From IMG/VR virus record IMGVR_UViG_3300042975_000096: DNA of 64,000 bases; one strand, written 5' to 3'. A program made the position numbers and the translations under genes. Source of the DNA: a virus. Taxonomy: Duplodnaviria > Caudoviricetes. Positions 40,650 through 50,008 of this stretch are shown in pieces. Below the pieces are notes generated by a model, which made no database searches, was not told the DNA's origin, and saw only the letters and a list, made by a program, of their open reading frames with translations. The first letter of the stretch is position 1. Each line of letters begins with the position of its first letter.

Positions 40650-41512
40650 ACATTTAACAACAAATCATTTTTATTAAATCCCAACTTATCAAATAATTGT
40701 TGCTCAGTAATACATATTCGTTGTTCAAATGAATCATCTATATTAAATAACCTTAAATATTCTGTTAGCCCATCATCATGTGTTTTGTTTAATGGCGAAT
40801 AATACACTTTTTTACCTAATGCAGAAAACTCAAAAATCATCTTTCCTATATTTTCAGAAAATACTGAATTATCTTCCGTAACACTTCTCCATCGATTGTA
40901 ATGTAATTCATTTAGCATCATATTGTTTAATAACATATTCCCATTTTTTGTCCTTTTACAACTTGAAATTGTTCCATTAACAACATCCATCTTTTTTAAA
41001 TGATTAAACCTTTCTTTGGAAAATTTATGATAATACACAAAATATTTTTCCCAATCAAAAAAAGTCTGATTCATTTTATTTCCCAACATTATAGTATTCG
41101 GAAGTCCTTTAACATAATCAATAAATTTACTATTTTGATTATAAAAATCATAAATTATTCTACCAGCATCTAATAATATTAACTTATCATATTTAAATGG
41201 TATTGAATCAATAAATCTAAAAACGCCAAATGACATAATTAAATTGTTAAAGTTATTATTTTTTATAAATTCATTTAATGTATGGATTTCTACATATATT
41301 GGATTTAATAATTTAATAGGAACGCTTTTGTTTAACGTCTGTATATATTCCACATTTTGTTTCACCATTGAGTCTGACGCATCAAACAATATGTAACAAT
41401 AAATATTATTCATATATTTGTTTAAGTTGTAAAACGAATCAATCAATGATGTAGTTGTCCCATCTAAAAACGGATAATATATAACTATCGCATTCTTTTT
41501 TATAAACTCCAT
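40631..41512 (-). CDS. Unknown-family protein, paralogue 3
   Basis: DGTTTSLIDSFYNL, YYHKFSKERF, ENIGKMIFEF, DDGLTEYLRLF. Confidence 0.6.
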   Translation of the reverse strand: MEFIKKNAIVIYYPFLDGTTTSLIDSFYNLNKYMNNIYCYILFDASDSMVKQNVEYIQTLNKSVPIKLLNPIYVEIHTLNEFIKNNNFNNLIMSFGVFRFIDSIPFKYDKLILLDAGRIIYDFYNQNSKFIDYVKGLPNTIMLGNKMNQTFFDWEKYFVYYHKFSKERFNHLKKMDVVNGTISSCKRTKNGNMLLNNMMLNELHYNRWRSVTEDNSVFSENIGKMIFEFSALGKKVYYSPLNKTHDDGLTEYLRLFNIDDSFEQRICITEQQLFDKLGFNKNDLLLNVLKKGN

Positions 41513-42777
41513 ACCTTTATTCCTTTTTTTTCAAAATATTTTCTATCAAACAAACCTTTTATATCAAATAGTGTCTTATCTTTTTTTAAGGCATTGGCAA
41601 TATATTTTTTATGTTTTAAAAATGAATCATGCTTAACAACAACAACTATACTATCCACATTTTTAGGAAGTTGATTAACAATATTGATTGAATTTCCATA
41701 TAAAGTTTTTAATTCTTCTTTATTACACACATCATCAAAAACAATAACCTTGTATCCAACTGTTACTAAAAAGTCGTACAATTCAACTGCTTTTGAGTTT
41801 CGTACATCATTACAATTTTCTTTAAATGTGATTCCCATCAATAATATTGTTTCATTTTTATTTGGCAATTCTTTTTCTATTTGTTCTCCAATAAAACCAA
41901 TAACATATTCATTAATATTACGTGACTGTAAAATAATATCATAAATATCCAATCCCTTTATTATTGGTTTTAAATAGTACGGGTCAACGCCAATACAATG
42001 ACCGCCAACCAATCCTGGTTGATATTCCGCATTAATAAAATTAAATTTAGAACTAGCTACATTTATCACTTCCGTTGTATCAATATTATAATAATGACAT
42101 AATCTAGCGAACTCATTCATCAAAGCAATATTTACATCTCTTTTTACATTCTCCATTATTTTTGACATCTCCGCAACCTCTAATGAAGAACATGCTCTAA
42201 CTTTATTACCTAAAATTATTCCATACAATTGTTTTAACTCTTTACAATAAAATGCATTACTGCCTGAAACTAATTTTGTGATTTCTTTTATTGTTTTCCC
42301 ACCTTTACCTGGTTGTAATCGTTCTGGGGAAAAACCAACTCCAAAATCATCATTCAATTTCAATTTTGATTCTTTTTCTAAGATTGGAACACATAAATTT
42401 CTAGTAGTTCCTGGGCAAACAGTTGACTCAAATATAACTATATTCTTTTTTTTCAACACTTTACCTACTGATTTACAAGCAGAAACTACATATATATAAT
42501 CTGGATTATTTCCAGCATCAACTGGAGTTGGTACACACACTATATATACATTGCAATCTTCTGGCATTTCAGATACGAATCTTATATTTTTAAGTAATTC
42601 AGAATCAACACTTTCTGTTTCATCAATACCATTTTTATATTTTTCCATTTTTTCTTCATTAACGTCAAACCCATACACAGTTACATATTTACCAAATTCA
42701 GAAGCCAATTGAATTCCAACATATCCTAATCCAACAATACAAATCTTAATATTATTCATTATCTCAACCCTTTCCAA
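41500..42777 (-). CDS. Nucleotide-sugar 6-dehydrogenase (UDP-GlcNAc/GalNAc dehydrogenase, WbpO/TviB-like)
   Basis: GLGYVG, CVPTP, FESTVCPG, FSPERLQPG, PGLVGGHCIGVDPYYL, GITFKENCNDVRNS. Confidence 0.9.
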   Translation of the reverse strand: MERVEIMNNIKICIVGLGYVGIQLASEFGKYVTVYGFDVNEEKMEKYKNGIDETESVDSELLKNIRFVSEMPEDCNVYIVCVPTPVDAGNNPDYIYVVSACKSVGKVLKKKNIVIFESTVCPGTTRNLCVPILEKESKLKLNDDFGVGFSPERLQPGKGGKTIKEITKLVSGSNAFYCKELKQLYGIILGNKVRACSSLEVAEMSKIMENVKRDVNIALMNEFARLCHYYNIDTTEVINVASSKFNFINAEYQPGLVGGHCIGVDPYYLKPIIKGLDIYDIILQSRNINEYVIGFIGEQIEKELPNKNETILLMGITFKENCNDVRNSKAVELYDFLVTVGYKVIVFDDVCNKEELKTLYGNSINIVNQLPKNVDSIVVVVKHDSFLKHKKYIANALKKDKTLFDIKGLFDRKYFEKKGIKVWSL

Positions 42778-42825
42778 TCATATTATAACAAAAAAGACCT
42801 TGTTTTTATAAGGTCTTTTATCGAA

Positions 42826-43110
42826 TTAATGATTATCAAAATCCTTTACATATTTTTCATAATTCTCTTTAAAATCACGTATACACTCTTGTAATTTTTC
42901 TTCTGAACATTCAGATACAGTTTTATGATAATCTTCTACTCCAAAATCCGGTTCCCCATTAATTACAGGCACAATCATACAATCGTTTCCATACGCATCA
43001 CTTAAATCTGCACAATAATTTGTACCGTTATATTGGAAAAAGTCTCTAAACTGTTTTCTACCTTCCGTAAAATGAACTTCTTTTGCTAATCTTTTTCTTA
43101 ATATATTCAT
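42826..43110 (-). CDS. Small protein with RKRLA leader
   Basis: AAGGGG RBS before MNILRKRLAKE; flanked by terminators. Confidence 0.55.
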   Translation of the reverse strand: MNILRKRLAKEVHFTEGRKQFRDFFQYNGTNYCADLSDAYGNDCMIVPVINGEPDFGVEDYHKTVSECSEEKLQECIRDFKENYEKYVKDFDNH

Positions 43111-43176
43111 CACACAAACCCCTTTTAGTTTAATTATTTTCAAAAACAATATATAAAATAAATTGAAAAAAATAAT

Positions 43177-43212
43177 AAAAAGGCTAGACCAAATAAATGG
43201 TCTAGCCTTTTT
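43177..43212 (-). terminator. Strong intrinsic terminator after the major capsid gene
   Basis: aaaaggctagacc-N8-ggtctagcctttt. Confidence 0.85.
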
Positions 43213-43223
43213 TATATCAAAAA

Positions 43224-44063
43224 TTACTTAATCGTAATCTTTGCAACGGACATGCCATTAACTACAGACATACCGATTTCTTCATAAACAACCCAACCAA
43301 CGCGAAGCTCTTCAGGTTTATCAGCAGGAATAACCTGGATATCCTGACGAATTGGCATTACACCAACGAACTCTGGGTCAGCAAGTACATAAACCGTATT
43401 GAGCGGAACTTTCTTAGAAATAAGGATTTCAGCCGTCCAAATATGTCCGAAAGAACCAGTCTGCAATACTTCATGCTGCGTTACCGGGTCAAACTCATTC
43501 TGACCCCATTTACGAATGTCAGCGAAAGCCTGTGCGTTCATGACAATCTTCGTAACTGCGAGGTCATGCTTCTCAACTTCACGGAAAGCCGTAGCAAGAG
43601 CATCACGAGTAAGTCCACCAGCACTAACAGTCGCAGGGTTAACAGACGTGGAAGCAGCTTCCAACAGACTGAATACAGTCTCATCCTCTGTAGCCATGAT
43701 GTCTGACTTAGCACGTTGCTGTGCACGGTCAATGATGTTAAATCTACGCTCTTTAATCTGAGAGAAACGAACCTGCGGATATGCGACTACTTCAAAAGTC
43801 GGAACCTGGATTCTTTCACCCTCAACCAACTGGTCTGGTGCCTGTCCACGCTTAGAAACTACGAAAGCCTTAGCATCAACATCACGGTCATAAACCGGAA
43901 GAGCACCCTGTGGCAACGGGTCAACTACGAGCAACTTACGTCCAATACCCTGATAATCAAGGGACATACGAATTGGGTTAGCCATAGCACTTGCAAGTGC
44001 TGCACGACCCTCATTTGTTTCAAGAGCATTGGAGATTAAATATTCTTTTTCTTCTTGTGTCAT
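43224..44063 (-). CDS. Major capsid protein (HK97/encapsulin-like fold)
   Basis: GGAGG RBS; GC-richer, high-expression-like codon usage; GRAALASAMANPIRMSLDYQGIGRKLLVVDPLPQGALPVYDRD; position after protease, scaffold and decoration genes. Confidence 0.88.
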   Translation of the reverse strand: MTQEEKEYLISNALETNEGRAALASAMANPIRMSLDYQGIGRKLLVVDPLPQGALPVYDRDVDAKAFVVSKRGQAPDQLVEGERIQVPTFEVVAYPQVRFSQIKERRFNIIDRAQQRAKSDIMATEDETVFSLLEAASTSVNPATVSAGGLTRDALATAFREVEKHDLAVTKIVMNAQAFADIRKWGQNEFDPVTQHEVLQTGSFGHIWTAEILISKKVPLNTVYVLADPEFVGVMPIRQDIQVIPADKPEELRVGWVVYEEIGMSVVNGMSVAKITIK

Positions 44064-44079
44064 ATTCTTTTACCTCCAA

Positions 44080-44592
44080 TTATACGTGCATGATGAAGCC
44101 GAGGAATTTTCCACCGTTAGCAGCTTCGCCAGCCCATTCTTTCATATTACCCTGTCTGTATTCGCCAACAGCAACTACAGTACCGAGTTCCTTATCACCA
44201 TCATTAGCAGGAACAATCTGACCATTTGCATCAGTCGTGATTCCCTTACCAACTGTGAACTTATCAATCGTTGCACCCAAACGAGTTTCAGCAACGTGAT
44301 ACTCACCACCGATGAAATAGAAAGATGCCTTACCAGAAGCGTTAATCATATCCTTCAAATCCTCACGGATAAGACCAACTGCTCCAGCACCTTTCGCACC
44401 AGCGAAAACAACTTTACCATCAGCACTAATCGCTGCAAAGCGACCTGCCGTTTTACCCTCTACTGCTTCTGCAACCGTTGCATCAACGTCATAGAAACCG
44501 TTAATCGGGCCTTCAATAGCAGCTCTAACATAATCTGTAGAGTTGAACGTAGGGCCAAAAACAAAATGACCACCTGCATTATTCATTGCCAT
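44080..44592 (-). CDS. Head decoration/capsid cement protein
   Basis: Gly-rich beta-type sequence (ASGKASFY...G..ITTDANGQIVPA...LGTVV), directly upstream of the MCP, with similar codon usage. Confidence 0.7.
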   Translation of the reverse strand: MAMNNAGGHFVFGPTFNSTDYVRAAIEGPINGFYDVDATVAEAVEGKTAGRFAAISADGKVVFAGAKGAGAVGLIREDLKDMINASGKASFYFIGGEYHVAETRLGATIDKFTVGKGITTDANGQIVPANDGDKELGTVVAVGEYRQGNMKEWAGEAANGGKFLGFIMHV

Positions 44593-44640
44593 TAAAGAAA
44601 CACCTCCATAAAACTTTCAATATTTTTTAATTTATAAGAA

Positions 44641-44729
44641 GTGTTTAACTATAAAACGTGATAATTGCAGTAAACATACACATTCAAGAGAATGCAGAAA
44701 TATAAATAATTGTTTTATCCGCTAAACAC
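44641..44729 (-). promoter_or_regulatory. Structured 5' leader of the decoration/capsid operon
   Basis: Nested pairings on the minus-strand RNA: GUGUUUAGC/GUUAAACAC, AUAAAAC/GUUUUAU, GCAUUC/GAAUGU. Confidence 0.5.
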
Positions 44730-44882
44730 TATCTTTCGACTTGTTACATTATTAAAATATACATTTTTCAAATAAATATAACCTCGTTTTTACCAATTCA
44801 ATAATTATTTATCTAAAAAACTTTTATTTTTTCATGTTCTGTAATATAAATATCTTTTATTTAATTAAATATTATCTCTTTT

Positions 44883-45953
44883 TTAAAAATTTTTATTATA
44901 TTCTAAAATACTTTCATTTAATGCATTTATATCCATACTATTATATATGGGTAAACTTATTGAATGATGTGCAATACGATTAGCTACACTATTACTTGTA
45001 TTCAAATATAACTTATTATCCCAAATTGTATTTGAATACAATGAATCTGTTTCAAAATAATTTTTCAATAATTGAATAGTCTCGTTTTCACCCTCTACCT
45101 GAATTCTACACCATGCAGAGATTGAATTAGATTCTACTTCCTGAAAAGCAACACCTTTTAACTGTTTATAACAATCCGCTATTTCATTTCTTTTTTTCAA
45201 AATTGTATCAATAGTTCGTGCTCTTTCCAGCATCATTATTACATGAAGCGAGTCAACTTCACCATTAGTTCCATCAACAATACAATTATTATCACCATTT
45301 GAACCATGATTCAATAATGAGCATGATTTTTTATATAAATCCTCATCATTTGTAAATAAAGCTCCACCTTCACCAAAGCCACCAAACGGTTTAGTCGGAT
45401 AAAAAGAAACAGCAGACATGTCACAACCAACATTACATGTCTTTTTACCATGATATTCTGCCGTAAATGATTGGCAAGCGTCTTCTAAAACAGGAATGTT
45501 ATATTTTTTTCCTAAATCTAAAATAGAATCATAATCACAAGGATTCCCAAAAATATCTACAGGCAAAATACACTTAATAGATTTATTGGTTTTTAATTCT
45601 TCTTCTAATTTATTCACATCAATGTTCCATGTATTTTTATCTATATCTATAATTACAGGTTTTGCCCCAACAAGTCGTATTGCTGATAAAGTAGCAATAA
45701 AAGTATATGCCGTTGTTGCTACTAAGTCCCCTTCTTTTATACCCAAACACTTTAATGCGACTGCCAATGCCTGTGTTCCTGATTTTGTTAATATACAATA
45801 TTTACTTCCTGTAAAATTTGACAAAATGTTTTGCAGTCTATCCTTATAATCAGAACTCATAAATCTTCCTTTTAAAACTGCATTATCTAATTCTTTAAAC
45901 GCATTTCTTTTTATTGTTAAATATTCAAATTTATTATCAAAGTATTTAATCAT
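44883..45953 (-). CDS. DegT/DnrJ/EryC1/StrS sugar aminotransferase
   Basis: SGTQAL, TAYTFIAT, EDACQS, SFYPTKPFGGFGEGG, SLPIY. AAGGTG RBS favours the ATG at 45953 rather than 46034. Confidence 0.9.
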   Translation of the reverse strand: MIKYFDNKFEYLTIKRNAFKELDNAVLKGRFMSSDYKDRLQNILSNFTGSKYCILTKSGTQALAVALKCLGIKEGDLVATTAYTFIATLSAIRLVGAKPVIIDIDKNTWNIDVNKLEEELKTNKSIKCILPVDIFGNPCDYDSILDLGKKYNIPVLEDACQSFTAEYHGKKTCNVGCDMSAVSFYPTKPFGGFGEGGALFTNDEDLYKKSCSLLNHGSNGDNNCIVDGTNGEVDSLHVIMMLERARTIDTILKKRNEIADCYKQLKGVAFQEVESNSISAWCRIQVEGENETIQLLKNYFETDSLYSNTIWDNKLYLNTSNSVANRIAHHSISLPIYNSMDINALNESILEYNKNF

Positions 45954-46002
45954 TATAATTTCTACACCTTTCATCAAAAAATACCCAATTAAGGGTATTT
46001 TT

Positions 46003-46740
46003 TCATCTACTTCCCATAGACCATCCCAAATCACTAAATTTATCTTTTAATGATTTGCCAAATGATTTTGATTGTTGTACTACAGGTTTTGTAAGTCCTT
46101 GTAAATTACTCATTGGATTTTTACGATTTGCAACTTTCTTTGGTTTTGAAGATGCATTCAAAGAAGCCTTTAATGCATCCATTCCTTCTGATAAATCACC
46201 ATTAACTGATTCTGAGGTTAAATTTCCCATTTGAGTTTCCATAATTCTATTTGCTTTTATATCAGCTAACGAACGATGTTCACTAAAATCTGATGAAGAA
46301 ATATTTGTAGCCATCGATGGCACTTCTTGTGAAAAATCTCCAATTACTGGACCACTTTTCTTTATTTTTCGTAATGCCTTTTCAGCTTCGGTCAAATTTT
46401 CTTCTTCTTCACTTAATGATGGGTCTGCATTATTAACATCAATCCAAACTTCCGCTTCAACTTCTTTTGCATATTTTTCAAATTCTTCATCTGATAATGT
46501 TTGCACTTCTAACAATTTCATTTCCCTGTCAGACTCATCAATTAAATTTTTCTTAATTGCCATATCAACAATTTTATCAAATTTAGTTGCAAATTTACTT
46601 TCAACCTCAATTTTATTTGACTGTTGTTCTACTGGTTTTTTGATTTCCTCTGTCTTTTTATCAAATAAAACATTATTCAACATCGCAAAAGATATTCTAT
46701 AAAATTTTGGTTCTGGTTTTACAATTTTCAAATTAAGCAA
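46003..46740 (-). CDS. Putative scaffold protein
   Basis: Helical and charged; lies between the protease and capsid genes. Confidence 0.45.
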   Translation of the reverse strand: MLNLKIVKPEPKFYRISFAMLNNVLFDKKTEEIKKPVEQQSNKIEVESKFATKFDKIVDMAIKKNLIDESDREMKLLEVQTLSDEEFEKYAKEVEAEVWIDVNNADPSLSEEEENLTEAEKALRKIKKSGPVIGDFSQEVPSMATNISSSDFSEHRSLADIKANRIMETQMGNLTSESVNGDLSEGMDALKASLNASSKPKKVANRKNPMSNLQGLTKPVVQQSKSFGKSLKDKFSDLGWSMGSR

Positions 46741-46746
46741 CCACTA

Positions 46747-47283
46747 TCACTCGCTTTCTTCTGAATTGTTATTTTCAGGCTCTTCTTGCTCAGAAGTAGA
46801 TTCTCCACTTTCTTCTGAATCTGAAGAAGGAGCTGATTCCGCATTATCATTACCAGGTAATGATGGGCTTGACTCTGAATCATTATTCGATTCCTGTTCA
46901 TCCAAATCTATATCAACATCGCTTGACTCTGAATCATCAGAATCATTAGGTATATCATCATTTAAATTATAACCATTGTTATTATCTGAATCAGGACTAT
47001 CTTGGTCACTCATATTAATTTGGTCATTATCATATTGAGGTACAATATCAATATTCTCCAAATCATAACAAATACTATATAATCCAGACATCAACTTATC
47101 TAGCATGTCTGAATTTTGAATGATTTTATCACCAATCTCAGGATTATTGCCTGAAATTTTTGCACACTGTTCAACCTTGAATTTAAATTCTTCTAATGAT
47201 TTTAAAATATCTCTACCATCTTGTGATGCTCCTGATATTAATTTTTGAATTGACTGCATATTATCAGCAATTAGTCTTTTCAC
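46747..47283 (-). CDS. KRLIA-leader protein with acidic Ser/Asp tail
   Basis: GAGGGTG RBS favours the GTG at 47283 (MKRLIADN); late-promoter motif upstream. Confidence 0.55.
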   Translation of the reverse strand: MKRLIADNMQSIQKLISGASQDGRDILKSLEEFKFKVEQCAKISGNNPEIGDKIIQNSDMLDKLMSGLYSICYDLENIDIVPQYDNDQINMSDQDSPDSDNNNGYNLNDDIPNDSDDSESSDVDIDLDEQESNNDSESSPSLPGNDNAESAPSSDSEESGESTSEQEEPENNNSEESE

Positions 47284-47357
47284 ATTTTTCACCCTCTATA
47301 AGCCTATAATCTATAATCTAAATATACATTCATTTATATTTTATGATAAAAATAAAA

Positions 47358-47389
47358 AAAAGCAGACTTAAAAAATAAAGTCTGCTTTT
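47358..47389 (-). terminator. Intrinsic terminator
   Basis: aaagcagactt-loop-aagtctgctttt after the protease gene. Confidence 0.75.
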
Positions 47390-47392
47390 CAT

Positions 47393-48298
47393 TCAACTCC
47401 ACGGTAAATCTTTTAATTTGTCTACCATTGAATCCATTCTTCCGTCTGCTGTGCGCTGATTCTTTTCATTTGCATACACGTTTTTATTATCAGTATAATA
47501 TTTTGGAACAAAAATACCTGAACGATTTTGTTTACTAGCTACACGTTCTAAAATTTTTGCATCTGGGTCTGCTCCTTGCGTTACAATACTATCCTCAAAA
47601 AACTCAACATCCCTATTATCCTCAAATACAGGCAACCCGTTATATGTTAGCCCTTTATAATTAAGAACATGTTCGCAAATATCATCATCAGAATGTGCTT
47701 CATTTCCGCAAATAGAACAAATTGCATATCCGCATCTACATCCCATAGAGGTATCTGTTAACCATCTTTTTATAATTCCACTTGCCAACTGAGGAAATGC
47801 TTTTTTATCAATTGCTTCTAACAACTCTACAAAATATCCATTTGTATTATAAATAGCATCTAAAATGATGCCACGAGCATCATCCACATTTTCATCATTA
47901 TGGTCAACGAACACCGATTTACCAATAAATGTTTTATATTTTAATTCCAATTCCTCGTGAGAAAAGAAATCACCATTAAGATTTGCGTTTCTACAAACCT
48001 TTGCATAATTAGGAAAATCATTATAATACGTTTCAATATCAACTAATTCGCAATTACCATTCTTATGCTCAATTACATTACCTGCCGAAACAGCACGATT
48101 TCTAATATAAATAAAATCATTTTCCTTTGGCGCAATCTGAACTACTTTAGCAGTCTTAATACGCTTATCAACTTTATTTAAAGTAGAACTATCTTTAAGC
48201 AATTCTAGCCCTGCTTTTTTGTTTCCATATAACGTAAAAATTCCATTGTATTCTGTGAAATCTTCTATTCGCCCTTTTGTATTATTTCTAAATAACAT
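47393..48298 (-). CDS. Prohead (capsid maturation) protease with Zn finger
   Basis: NLNGDFF, FIGKSVFVDHN (His), TSMGC (Ser), CSICGN...CEH, FFEDSIVTQGADPDA. Confidence 0.8.
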   Translation of the reverse strand: MLFRNNTKGRIEDFTEYNGIFTLYGNKKAGLELLKDSSTLNKVDKRIKTAKVVQIAPKENDFIYIRNRAVSAGNVIEHKNGNCELVDIETYYNDFPNYAKVCRNANLNGDFFSHEELELKYKTFIGKSVFVDHNDENVDDARGIILDAIYNTNGYFVELLEAIDKKAFPQLASGIIKRWLTDTSMGCRCGYAICSICGNEAHSDDDICEHVLNYKGLTYNGLPVFEDNRDVEFFEDSIVTQGADPDAKILERVASKQNRSGIFVPKYYTDNKNVYANEKNQRTADGRMDSMVDKLKDLPWS

Positions 48299-48317
48299 TT
48301 ACCTATCACCAACTTTT

Positions 48318-48620
48318 TTAAAACGTTTCCCAAACGCCTATACTTTTCAAATATCTCTCTACTGTATCTAAACATTCTTGCCAATGTTTTTTTACTTCAC
48401 CTATTGGACAAACTTCATCCAATAATCCCATCTGTATCTGCTGAGTTAATTCATATACACGTTCACCTGTTGGAACAATCGGTAAATCTGCCAAAATCTG
48501 TTTTGCTAACAAATATGATTCATTGCTATTAATCAATCTCGTGGAAGATTTATCAACAATTGAAGTTACAACATTATGCGTATATGGAGATACATGGTTA
48601 CTTAATCTTTTAAAAGCCAT
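48318..48620 (-). CDS. Hypothetical protein with KRLS leader
   Basis: AGGAG RBS; starts MAFKRLSNH. Confidence 0.55.
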   Translation of the reverse strand: MAFKRLSNHVSPYTHNVVTSIVDKSSTRLINSNESYLLAKQILADLPIVPTGERVYELTQQIQMGLLDEVCPIGEVKKHWQECLDTVERYLKSIGVWETF

Positions 48621-48638
48621 TTATGCTTCAACTCCTAT

Positions 48639-48974
48639 TCAAGTTTCGGAGATTTTTTGTTCATTCAAAACGTCATTTATTGTTTTGCTTTCATGTTTTA
48701 TTGGTTTTGAAAATTTATATTCATTTAAATAGCTCTTCATCACTTCAAAAAAACGGTTATCTTTAACACCTATTTTTTCTTCCATTTCAACATACGATGA
48801 ACTTATTTTATCTCCTGTTGTTACCTTTAAATAAGGCAACTCGACTATATAGTTCAAAATTTTATTTAATTCAGAATCCCTTAACGAAACAAAACCAATA
48901 TTATTATCAATCTCATCAATACAAACAATTGCACAGGTTTCATCATTCGCATTTAATATCTTAAAACTAAACAT
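48639..48974 (-). CDS. Hypothetical protein
   Basis: 111 aa in the head operon. Confidence 0.55.
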   Translation of the reverse strand: MFSFKILNANDETCAIVCIDEIDNNIGFVSLRDSELNKILNYIVELPYLKVTTGDKISSSYVEMEEKIGVKDNRFFEVMKSYLNEYKFSKPIKHESKTINDVLNEQKISET

Positions 48975-48982
48975 AATATTCG

Positions 48983-50005
48983 TTACCGCCTTTCAAATTG
49001 TTCTTGAAAATATTCAAATATTTTATTATCAACATTTTTCAACTTTTCAGGCTCTAGAATATATGCAATGCAACTTTCTTTATAATAACTATCTGCATTT
49101 TGTTCTGCTAAAAAAGTAATAAATCTATCGTTAGGAAAAATCACATCTTTACTGGTTTTTGAATAATATAGTTCTTTTACCTTATCAGGTGTATCTTTTA
49201 AATTCAGAATAACGCTTAACAAATCGTGTCTATAATTATCTAAAGAAAATTTTATATAATACTCACTTTTTTCTTCGTCTTCAACAACCCTTAACATATC
49301 TAAAACTTCCTTGTTTACATTTTCCATCTCAAAGCAATCAACAAATTTTATTTTTACTCCCATCTTTATGACTTTATGAAACTTTATTTTCACAATATTA
49401 TAAAAAGTAGCAATTGATTTCTTATACATTGTTGGTACATTGTACAATTTCAAATCATTTGAAATTAAATTGCTATTATTAAAAAAATCAACAGGTCTTA
49501 CTAAATATGAATCACAATCGTCTTTCATAAAATGTTTTTTTAGCACTTCAATGTTATTATTGTTTACCAAAAATTGACAAACTTTACACGCTGATTTATG
49601 TGCAACAAAATTATAGTCTAATTTATTATCAGTTACAATTATCATTTGAACATTTTTATAAAAATATTGCAATTCCTCATCAATTATTTTTAATAACATT
49701 TTTAAAAAATCACAATCTATAGATTTATATTGATTATAATAATGTTCCATTGACCTAAACAAACTCATCGCCCATATTTTACGTCTAGATTCATTTTCTT
49801 CAACGAATTTATCAACATTATTATTTTTATCAACAACTCTAAATGATTCCATTGCTTTATATTTAATTTGCGGAAAATAATTGAACAATAAATCTGTAAT
49901 CTGTTCTGAACCATTCCAAAAATCGCCAACAGAATGAATTCCATTGGCAACTTCCCCAATTTGCAATGCTAACTCTTTAGAAATAATTCTTATTTTTTTA
50001 TCCAT
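48983..50005 (-). CDS. Possible MuF-like minor head protein
   Basis: Directly downstream of the portal; SACKVCQ; C-terminal ESCIAYILEPEKLK...IFEYF resembles a zincin-like tail. Confidence 0.35.
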   Translation of the reverse strand: MDKKIRIISKELALQIGEVANGIHSVGDFWNGSEQITDLLFNYFPQIKYKAMESFRVVDKNNNVDKFVEENESRRKIWAMSLFRSMEHYYNQYKSIDCDFLKMLLKIIDEELQYFYKNVQMIIVTDNKLDYNFVAHKSACKVCQFLVNNNNIEVLKKHFMKDDCDSYLVRPVDFFNNSNLISNDLKLYNVPTMYKKSIATFYNIVKIKFHKVIKMGVKIKFVDCFEMENVNKEVLDMLRVVEDEEKSEYYIKFSLDNYRHDLLSVILNLKDTPDKVKELYYSKTSKDVIFPNDRFITFLAEQNADSYYKESCIAYILEPEKLKNVDNKIFEYFQEQFERR

Positions 50006-50008
50006 TGT

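Noticed and set aside
43443-44595. Several + strand ORFs over the capsid and decoration genes
   Set aside because: Antisense shadows caused by biased codon usage in highly expressed genes.
45954-46034. Track-predicted N-terminal extensions (46034; likewise 57769, 58449, 54986, 43149, 38844)
   Set aside because: Downstream starts have better RBSs and remove overlaps with upstream genes or promoter motifs.
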